The position numbers were made by a program, and so were the translations under genes. From assembly GCA_045863395.1 (NCBI GenBank), contig BTVJ01000010.1, positions 64,001-128,000 of the forward strand: DNA of 64,000 bases, given 5' to 3'. Below, piece after piece: positions 37,409-44,899 of this stretch. How positions within the stretch are numbered: position 1 is the stretch's first letter; each line of letters opens with the position of its first letter. Origin of the DNA: Myxococcales bacterium. Its GTDB lineage: Bacteria; Myxococcota_A; UBA9042; JABWCM01; BTVJ01. The notes beneath the pieces were generated by a model. It ran no database searches and was not told the origin of the DNA. It worked only from the letters and a program-made list of their open reading frames with translations.

Positions 37409-39129
37409 ATGCGGGGAGCGCCGACCGGCTTCTGGGGGAAGCTCGACACGGACCAGGATGGCGCGGTGACTGCGTGGCACCCCCTCGCCGCCCACGCCGC
37501 CGATGTGGCAGCCTGCTGCGAGGCGCTCCTGCGGCAGACGCTGCTCGGCGCGCGCCTCGCCGCCGTTGCCGGGCTGGGCGAGCTCGAGCCCGTCCAGGTT
37601 GAACGTCTGTCGGCGCTGGCGGCCCTCCACGACATCGGGAAGTTCTCCATCGGCTTCCAGAACAAGGCCCTGCGCCTCCCGCCCTTCACGTGCGGGCACG
37701 TGGCGGAGGTCCTCGCGCTGTTTGGTGACGCCCCGTACCCGGAGCGCGACCGCCTCTGCGAGGCGCTGCCCTTCGAAGACCTCGTGGCCTGGGGCGGCGG
37801 GGGAGAGGCCGCCTTCGGACTGCTCGTGGCGGCCATCTCCCACCATGGGCGCCCCGAGCGGGTGGGCGGAAGACACCAGCAGTCCTGGTGGCGCCGCCGG
37901 GGCGGCCTGGACCCCTTCGAAGGCATCGCGGAGCTCGTCGGGCGGGTCAGGGCCTGGTTTCCGCTCGCCTTCACGCCCGAGGGCCCGTCGCTCCCTGAAG
38001 GGGCGCCGTCTCAACACCTCTTCAGCGGCCTCGTCATGCTCGCGGACTGGCTCGGGAGCGACCAGCATCTTCCCGTTCGCTGTCGACGAGGGCGACCGCA
38101 TGTCGTTCGCGCGGGCTGCGGCCGCACGCGCACTTCGAGAGATCGGGCTCGACGCCGCCGGGGCCCGCGCGACCCTCGGGGCCGCGCCCCCTCCCTTCGA
38201 GACACTCTTCGGGTTCCCTCCACGGAACGCCCAGGCGCAGGTCGCGGCACTCCCCTGCGCGGCACCGGGCAGCGTCACGATCCTGGAGTCCGAGACCGGC
38301 TCGGGAAAGACGGAGGCCGCTCTGTACCGGTTCCTCCGTCTGTTCGCGGCGGGTCTCGTCGACGGGCTCACGTTTGCGCTCCCTACCCGCACCGCCGCGA
38401 CCCAGATCCACACACGCGTGGTCCAGGCCATCGCCCACGCATTTGCAGACCCGACGACACGACCGCCAGTAATCCTCGCAGTGCCTGGCTACCTGGCCGT
38501 CGACGAGGTGGAGGGGAGGCGGCTGGCCGGGTTCGAGGTCCTCTGGAACGACGACGACCAGGAGCGCCTCCGCTACCGGGGCTGGGCGGCCGAGCATCCC
38601 AAGCGGTATCTCGCCGGACCCGTGGTCGTCGCCACGGTGGATCAGGTCCTGCTGTCGGCGCTGGAGGTCTCCCACGCCCACATGCGCGCGGCGTCCCTCT
38701 CGCGGCAGCTCCTGGTGGTCGACGAGGTCCACGCGTCGGACGCCTATATGATCCGCCTCCTGGAAGAGGTGCTTCGTCGGCACCTGGGCGCCGGCGGTCA
38801 GGCGTTCCTCATGTCGGCGACCCTCGGATCCACGGCCCGCTGTGTCTTGGAGCGACCGGGCTCCCGGGAGGCGCCGTCGCTGGACGAAGCCGTCGCCGAA
38901 GCGTACCCCGTCGTCCGGCACAGCGGCGGTGGGGTCGCCTGCGTCATTCCAGTCACACGAGGGCCAGACCGCGAGGTCACCGTCGAGCGCGTCGGGCTCA
39001 TGGACGACTCGGTCGGCGTGGCCGCGCTGGCCGTTGCGGCGGCGGCCCAAGGGGCGCGGGTCATCGTGCTCCGCAACACTGTCCGCGGATGCCTCGACAC
39101 GCAGCGCGCCGTGGAGGAGCAGGCCGCTG
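37409..39129 (+). pseudogene. cas3: CRISPR-associated nuclease/helicase Cas3 (type I-E-like), frameshifted and 3'-truncated
   Basis: HD domain: FWGKL, HPLAAHAADV, LHDIGK, SHHG, LADWLGSD. Frameshift near 38063. Helicase motifs ETGSGKT, ALPTR, TVDQ, DEVH, MSAT, RNTV. Homology stops at about 39129, before motifs V/VI. Confidence 0.9.
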
Positions 39130-39176
39130 GTCAATGGCAATTATATCTGGCCACCACTGACAACTACTTCTACCCG
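39130..39176. mobile_element. Possible IS terminal remnant (IS21-like end) at the cas3 breakpoint
   Basis: Abrupt AT-rich GTCAATGGCAATTATATCTGGCCACCACTGACAACTACTTCTACCC with two imperfect direct repeats 23 bp apart; no transposase nearby. Confidence 0.4.
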
Positions 39177-39330
39177 ATCTCGGCCGCTACCGAGCCAGAG
39201 ACTCCTCCCGGGCCCTGCGACCGGCTCCGACCGCCGCAGTGCTCAACGTCCCGGGGCCACACGACTGGAGCCACTGCGCCCACCTGCGCCACACTCCGGA
39301 CTCCTCGCCAGTGTCGCCATTCATACCCCC

Positions 39331-41145
39331 CTATGTGCCCAATTCGCTGACTGGCCCAAACCCAGCCGTCGACTCCCACACATGCTCCTGGTCCGTGCGA
39401 ACGATCCTCCGCCTGCCAGGAAGGAAGGTCACTCTCTGCTGCCACGCCAAGGCGTAGACGCCGCCGCTGACCTCCATCATTGACCCAGTCAGTCCCGGCG
39501 TCTGCCAGAGGTCCTCGATGGACAGGGCCCGTCCGTCCAGCGCATCCAGGATCTGGTGCAGCAGCGGGTCGTCCCAGGGCCAGCTCGCGGGACCGAGGAG
39601 GGCCCGGTTGAGCGGTCGCGGAGCAGGCTCCACTGCGCGCCTCCTTCGGCCCGTCCGATCACGGACCTTCTCCTCCACGAAGTCGTCGCCGAGCAGCCGT
39701 CGAGCCTCCGCCCGATTGTGTGGGCCACACAGGAGCCTGCAATTCTGCGCGGTTGGGGCGCCACCACGGCAGGCCATGGTCACGTGATCGAGCTGGAGGA
39801 AGGAGCGGCTATCGCAGCGCCGGCCCGCATCATCCACGAAGGTGCACCGGCCTCCATCCCTGAGGTAGACCTCCGCCCGCACGCGCAGAGGGATGCGCGC
39901 CGAGGCGCTCGCCCGTGTCGTGCCGGCACCCGAGCCGGCAGGCGCACTCTGGCTACCACGGACGGGGACTGGATCCGGATCCAGTCGCCCCGTTTTCTCC
40001 CCGCCCCCGCTCGGCCCCGCAGGGCTGCCACTCGCATCAACTGGATCCGGATCCAGTCGCCCCGCCTTCGCGCACCCGCTCGGCTCCTTCGGGTCGTCAC
40101 TCGCCGCATCTGGACCCGGTGACAGCCGCCCGCCCTGGAGCTGGACGCCGCCCAGCTCCTCAGAGTCGCCACTCATCTCAACTGGATCCGGATCCAGTCG
40201 CTCCACCGCCGCCCGGCTGCTCTGCCCCCCCGGGCCCCGACCGTCGTCACCTGACTCCAGACCCTGCTTCGGCCTCGCCGTGCTCGCTGCCCCCTTGCGA
40301 CGGCTCCCCACCCCGAAGCACTTCTTCAGGGTCTGCTGGCACAGCACCTCCAGGGCGAGCCCGATGAGAGCCGGGAGATCGCCCTTCGCCACCGTGTGGC
40401 TCAGCAGCGTCTGCGCCTCCTCGAGCTTCGCCACCAGGGCCTCGCTCGCGGTGAACTGCACCCGATATCGCCGGGCGCCCAGCGGAGAGACCCCCGGCTG
40501 TGGTCCGCCCCGGTCCAGCTCCGCCCCCGTCTCCCCTTCTCCTTGGAGCGTCGGGAGCGGCGGCGCGGCACCTCGTGGCGGGCTCGGCTCGCCCCTCCCC
40601 CCGGCGCAGTCCTGGTCTCCCCCGGTCCCCGAGCGCTGCGAGTCTCCATTGGCGTCCCCCGCGCTCGCCCTTCCCACATCTCCGTCACTCCCGAGGGGCG
40701 TCACCAGCGTGGGGATGCTCCGCTGCGGGAAGCGGTCGGCGAGCATGTGCGAAATCTCCTTGCGGGTCTTCCCACATGCGGCGCGGATCAGATCGTCGAG
40801 CGCCCCCTCGTCGGCTCGCTCGTCCTTGAGCCACGGCGCCAGGAGGCGGACTCCAGAGACGTGCAGATCGCCGACCGCGAGCAGCTCCAACAAGACGGGG
40901 AAGCGAACCACGAGCCTCGCGACCCCGACGTAGCGCCACGCCGTCTCCTCGTCGAGACCCAGGCGTCGGACACAGTACTCGTGAAGAGAGGCACACGCCT
41001 CCTGGAGGTGAAGCCGCCTCGCGTCCGCCACCGCGAGGTGGGCCAGGAGCTCCGCCGTCAGGGCGCGTGAGTCCCGAACTACCCGAGACAAAGATGCCAG
41101 GAGCTCGACGCCATCCTGCCGACTCAGCTCGTCCATTCGACTCAT
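39331..41145 (-). CDS. HNH endonuclease protein with DUF222-like N-terminus, low-complexity repeat linker and C-terminal winged-helix-like tail
   Basis: N-terminal LLAHLAVADARRLHLQEACASLHEYCVRRL...RFP; RDGGRCTF...C...LQLDHVTMACRGGAPTAQNCRLLCGPHN. Confidence 0.85.
   Translation of the reverse strand: MSRMDELSRQDGVELLASLSRVVRDSRALTAELLAHLAVADARRLHLQEACASLHEYCVRRLGLDEETAWRYVGVARLVVRFPVLLELLAVGDLHVSGVRLLAPWLKDERADEGALDDLIRAACGKTRKEISHMLADRFPQRSIPTLVTPLGSDGDVGRASAGDANGDSQRSGTGGDQDCAGGRGEPSPPRGAAPPLPTLQGEGETGAELDRGGPQPGVSPLGARRYRVQFTASEALVAKLEEAQTLLSHTVAKGDLPALIGLALEVLCQQTLKKCFGVGSRRKGAASTARPKQGLESGDDGRGPGGQSSRAAVERLDPDPVEMSGDSEELGGVQLQGGRLSPGPDAASDDPKEPSGCAKAGRLDPDPVDASGSPAGPSGGGEKTGRLDPDPVPVRGSQSAPAGSGAGTTRASASARIPLRVRAEVYLRDGGRCTFVDDAGRRCDSRSFLQLDHVTMACRGGAPTAQNCRLLCGPHNRAEARRLLGDDFVEEKVRDRTGRRRRAVEPAPRPLNRALLGPASWPWDDPLLHQILDALDGRALSIEDLWQTPGLTGSMMEVSGGVYALAWQQRVTFLPGRRRIVRTDQEHVWESTAGFGPVSELGT
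39968..40200. repeat. Intragenic ~72-bp-period repeat with 18-bp perfect palindrome core ACTGGATCCGGATCCAGT
   Basis: Perfect cores at 39968, 40040 and 40181; degenerate core at about 40109; encodes RLDPDPV on the minus strand. Confidence 0.9.
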
Positions 41146-41179
41146 GGTGCGTGTCCTCCGTTGCGATTGCGACCGACAG

Positions 41180-41188
41180 AATATACCA
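41180..41188 (-). promoter_or_regulatory. Possible extended -10 promoter for the HNH gene
   Basis: TGGTATATT (TGn-TATATT) about 35 bp upstream of the ATG, followed by RBS GGAGG. Confidence 0.4.
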
Positions 41189-41440
41189 CGCACTTTTCGC
41201 CCCCACTGGGCGACCCGCTGAGCCCCGGACAGGCATCCGCGAGACACGGGAGCTCCCCAGCGACCGACCAGACCCGCAGTGGGCCTGTCAGGGCGCTGCA
41301 CCCGCAGGTTCTTGCCTTACCGGAGGAGTCACGAATTCTCGGCTCAAGAATCGTGTCAAGAGAAAAACGAGTCGGCGTCTACTTCTCTGACGGACCGCCG
41401 CCCTTGCTGTGGGCGCATGATACCGTTCACGGCGAGGACT

Positions 41441-42391
41441 CTACCGCCCCAGACCCCCACCATCGCCGGCAAACGCGTCGATGAGGAACTTCACCTCCGG
41501 GGCCGGACCACCACCCGGCACTCCACCGCCCGCCTCCCCACCCGCGTGCAGACCAGCCCCTCGCTCCCCGCCGATCAACGCCCGCCCCAGCAGCCAGGCC
41601 TTTCGCAGCCCCCCAGTGTGCGCCCGACGGCTCACCGAGTCGCACCCCGCCTGCCGAATCACCCGCCCGATGTCCGAGTACAGGAGCCGCGCGGCCCTGA
41701 TGGCGCGGCGTCCGTCCGGGGGAAGCCTGGGAATCCCAAGATCAGCCCGCGCGTAGAGCCTGTCCGCCTCCGCCAGCAGCCTCTCCACCACTCGCCCGAC
41801 CCCCGGCGTGAACACCCCCTTGGCCACCTGTTCCTCCACCCCCTCCTCTCGCAGCCACGACAGCGGCAGATACACTCGCCCCATGCGCGCATCCTCGCCC
41901 ACGTCGCGCGCGATGTTGGTGAGCTGCATGGCGAGGCCCAGGTCGCACGCCCGCGCCAGCGTCACCGGGTCCGCCCTGCCCAACAGCGCCGTCATCATGA
42001 CGCCCACCGACGAGGCGACCCGGGCCGCGTAACCGAGCAGATCCCCCAGGTCCTCATACCGCCTCCCCTCTGCATCCCAGAGAAATCCCTCCAAGAGCGC
42101 CTCGGGCACGGCGCGGGGAACGACACGCGCGACGTCGCAGAAGGCCCGGTCGACACCTCGATCCTCAGGTCTCCCCGCATAGATCGCGTCCAGTCTCCCA
42201 GACAGCCCCGCCAGGGCCTCCAGCTCCCGGCCCGGGGCCCCGTCGATGGCGTCGTCGGCCACGCGGCAGAAGGCGTAGCAGGCCGCCACGGGATCCCGAA
42301 CCCGCGCAGGGAGCAGCAGCCCCGCCGCCCAGAAGCTCTTGGACCCCGCCTCCAGGATGCGCCGGCACTCCGCGGCGTCGTCCTCACGCAT
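41441..42391 (-). CDS. crtB: Phytoene synthase
   Basis: GSKSF, YAFCRVADDAID, LGLAMQLTNIARDVGEDARMGRVYLP; overlaps the crtI stop. Confidence 0.95.
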   Translation of the reverse strand: MREDDAAECRRILEAGSKSFWAAGLLLPARVRDPVAACYAFCRVADDAIDGAPGRELEALAGLSGRLDAIYAGRPEDRGVDRAFCDVARVVPRAVPEALLEGFLWDAEGRRYEDLGDLLGYAARVASSVGVMMTALLGRADPVTLARACDLGLAMQLTNIARDVGEDARMGRVYLPLSWLREEGVEEQVAKGVFTPGVGRVVERLLAEADRLYARADLGIPRLPPDGRRAIRAARLLYSDIGRVIRQAGCDSVSRRAHTGGLRKAWLLGRALIGGERGAGLHAGGEAGGGVPGGGPAPEVKFLIDAFAGDGGGLGR

Positions 42392-43859
42392 CGGGGACCA
42401 CCCTGTCCAGGATCCGCGCCGACGACAGAACACCGGGCACCCCCGCCCCGGGGTGCGTGCTCGCCCCGACGATGTAGAGCCCTTTCACGTCCTCGCTCGC
42501 GTTGTGCGGCCTGAACCACGCGCTCTGAGTCAGCACGGGCTCCATCCCGAAGGCCGCGCCCTTGAACGAGAGCAGCTCGTCGTGGAAGCCCTGCGGGGTC
42601 AGCACGTGGGACGCGCACACGTTGGCCTCCAGGTCGGGCAGGATCGTCCGCTCCAGCAGCCGCGCAATCCTGCTCCGATATCGCTCCCCCTCCCGCCCCC
42701 AGTCCGTCCCGCTGTCCAGGTGCGGAACCGGCGACAACACGTAGAAGGTGTCTCGCCCCTCCGGCGCCAGCGACGGGTCCGTCGCCGTCGGGCGGTGCAG
42801 ATACAGGCTGAAGTCATCGGCCAGCACCTTCCTCGCGAAGATGTCGTCGAGCAGCCCCTTGTAGCGAGGCCCGAGCAGGATGGTGTGGTGCGCCACGTCG
42901 TGATACTGCCGTCGGGTCCCGAAATACCACACGAACAGGCTCATCGAGTACCGCGTCCTGTCCAGCCTCGCGTCGGTCCACCGGCGCCGGTGCTCTCGCC
43001 CGACGAGGTTCCGGTACGTCCAGGCCGTGTCTGCGTTGGAGACCACCACCCGCGCCCCCAGCCGCTCCCCGCCTGCCAGCTCGACGCCGGTGGCCCTCCC
43101 GCCCTCCACCACGATGCGCCGCACCTCGGCCCCGCAGCGCACCTCCCCGCCCAGCCCCTCGATGAGCTTCACGAGCCCCGCCACGATGGCACCAGTCCCG
43201 CCCATGGCGAAGTGGACGCCCCACTTCCGCTCCAGGAACGCGATGAGCGTGTAGATAGAGGTGGTCGAGTAGGGGTTCCCCCCCACGAGCAGTGGGTGGA
43301 AGCTCAGCACCTGGCGCAGCCGGTCGTCCTTCACGTGCTTGGACACGAGGCCGTACACGGTCCGCCAGCTCTCGAGGCGGACCATGTCCGGGACGATGCG
43401 CGCCATGTCCGTGATGCGCCCGAAGGGCACGTCGGCCAGCGCCTCGAAGCCCACCTTGAAGATGCGCTCGCTCATGGCGACGAAGCGCTCGTAGCCCTCC
43501 ACGTCGCCCGGCGCCAGCCTCGCAACCTCGGCGCGCATCGCCGCCGCGTCGCCCGTGTAGTCGAAGACCGCGCCGTCGTGAAACCGGATGCGGTAGTAGG
43601 GCGTGACCGGCCGCAGGTCCAGGTGGTCCGCCATGCGCTGCCCCGCCAGCTCCCAGAGCTCCTCCAGCAGGAACGGAGCCGTGATGACGGTCGGGCCCCC
43701 GTCGAAGACGTGCCCTTCTGATCGATAGACATAGGCGCGCCCGCCGGGGGCATCGCGCCGCTCCAGCACGGTCACCCGGTAGCCTCGCACCAGCAGCCGC
43801 ACGGCAGCCGCCAACCCGCCCAGCCCAGCCCCGATGACCACTGCACATGGCTCGTTCAT
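42384..43859 (-). CDS. crtI: Phytoene desaturase
   Basis: GAGLGG, FDGGPTVITAP, SFHPLLVGGNP, QSAWFRPHN, THPGAGVPGV. Confidence 0.95.
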   Translation of the reverse strand: MNEPCAVVIGAGLGGLAAAVRLLVRGYRVTVLERRDAPGGRAYVYRSEGHVFDGGPTVITAPFLLEELWELAGQRMADHLDLRPVTPYYRIRFHDGAVFDYTGDAAAMRAEVARLAPGDVEGYERFVAMSERIFKVGFEALADVPFGRITDMARIVPDMVRLESWRTVYGLVSKHVKDDRLRQVLSFHPLLVGGNPYSTTSIYTLIAFLERKWGVHFAMGGTGAIVAGLVKLIEGLGGEVRCGAEVRRIVVEGGRATGVELAGGERLGARVVVSNADTAWTYRNLVGREHRRRWTDARLDRTRYSMSLFVWYFGTRRQYHDVAHHTILLGPRYKGLLDDIFARKVLADDFSLYLHRPTATDPSLAPEGRDTFYVLSPVPHLDSGTDWGREGERYRSRIARLLERTILPDLEANVCASHVLTPQGFHDELLSFKGAAFGMEPVLTQSAWFRPHNASEDVKGLYIVGASTHPGAGVPGVLSSARILDRVVPDA

Positions 43860-43886
43860 GCTCCCCTCCTTTGAATGTGACTTTGC

Positions 43887-43923
43887 ATAGCGTTTGATCT
43901 AGCATATGATCAAACCGTAGACA
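43887..43923. promoter_or_regulatory. Divergent crtI/carH promoter with candidate CarH operator
   Basis: AT-rich spacer; inverted repeat TTTGATC-N8-GATCAAA (43893-43914); TGATCA (43907) and TAGACA (43918) 11 bp apart; shares ATAGCGTT...TAGACAA with the crtE/crtD spacer. Confidence 0.55.
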
Positions 43924-43940
43924 AGAGCCGGAGGCAAGCC

Positions 43941-44855
43941 GTGTCGACCAAGGGACCTTACAGAATCCAGACCGTAGCGGAGCTCACCGGGGTGCCCGCC
44001 GCCACCCTCCGCGCCTGGGAGCGCCGCTACGGTGTCCCGGCCCCCATGCGCACCGCCTCCGCCTACCGCCTCTACAGCGAGCAGGACGTGGAGCTGGTCT
44101 CTCGCCTCCGCGACCTGTGCGCCAACGAGGGCATGGCGCCCGCGGAGGCGGCCCGCCTGCTGCGGGAGGCCGGCGTCGCCCCCGAGGCGGACGCGGTTGG
44201 CGCTGACCCCTACGTCGTTGCGCGCGACCGCCTGGTCGCCGCCGTTGACCGCTTCGACCCGGACGCCCTCGAGGCCGAGCTGCACCACGCCCTCTGCCTG
44301 GGGTCCGCCTCAGTGATCTTCGAGCGGGTCCTTGGCCCCGCTCTCCGCGAGATCGGCGACCGCTGGCACGCGGGCCTCATCGGCGTGGCCCAGGAGCACA
44401 TGGCGACGGAGCAGATCGTCGGCGCGGCGCGCGATCTGCTGCGCCTCATGCAGCCCGACGCGGCGCGCACGGTCCTCCTCGCCTGCTTCGCCGACGAAGA
44501 GCACGTCGTGCCCCTGCTCGGCGTGTCCTTCCGCTTCGCCCAGTGGGGCTTCCGCGTGATCCTGCTGGGGGCCCGGACTCCGCCGGACGCCGTGGAGCAG
44601 GCGCGGCGCACCCTGGACCCGACGCTCATCGGCCTCTCGGTCACCGTCCCCCCGACGCGCCCCCGCGCGCGGGAGCTGGTCAGCGCCTACGCGGCAGCCT
44701 GCGGTGAGACGCCGTGGGTGGTGGGTGGAGCGGCCGCCGAGGCCCTGCGCCCCCAGATCGAGGCCGCTGGGGGCGCCGTCAGCGACGACGACATGGGCCG
44801 GCTCCAGGTCAGGGTGGAGCGCATGCTGGCCGCGCGACGGGGGAACCGAGGGTAG
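43941..44855 (+). CDS. carH: MerR-family B12-binding photoreceptor/repressor (CarH-type)
   Basis: MerR HTH with RAWERRYG; W-x9-EH (WHAGLIGVAQEH); ExH (EEH), LGARTP and SVT of the cobalamin-binding domain; adjacent to crt genes. Confidence 0.85.
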   Translation: MSTKGPYRIQTVAELTGVPAATLRAWERRYGVPAPMRTASAYRLYSEQDVELVSRLRDLCANEGMAPAEAARLLREAGVAPEADAVGADPYVVARDRLVAAVDRFDPDALEAELHHALCLGSASVIFERVLGPALREIGDRWHAGLIGVAQEHMATEQIVGAARDLLRLMQPDAARTVLLACFADEEHVVPLLGVSFRFAQWGFRVILLGARTPPDAVEQARRTLDPTLIGLSVTVPPTRPRARELVSAYAAACGETPWVVGGAAAEALRPQIEAAGGAVSDDDMGRLQVRVERMLAARRGNRG

Positions 44856-44899
44856 CCCCCGGCGACGCCGGAGAGACCGCAGGTTCGAGGTTCGGCACG

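Noticed and set aside
37409..39350. Two overlapping ORFs (583 aa and 615 aa) as a natural split cas3''/cas3' pair
   Set aside because: They join seamlessly by one frameshift near 38063, both run into non-homologous tails, and the helicase lacks motifs V/VI, so a pseudogene is more likely.
39968..40200. Palindromic repeats with ~72-bp period as a CRISPR array
   Set aside because: They lie in frame within the HNH gene, and the intervening segments are homologous to each other rather than unique spacers.
39331..41145. HNH protein as IscB/Cas9-like RNA-guided nuclease
   Set aside because: No RuvC motifs or PLMP N-terminus seen; the architecture fits the DUF222-like HNH family.
30904..44855. A photosynthesis gene cluster
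   Set aside because: Only carotenoid genes and carH are present; no bch, puf, puh or ppsR genes in the window.
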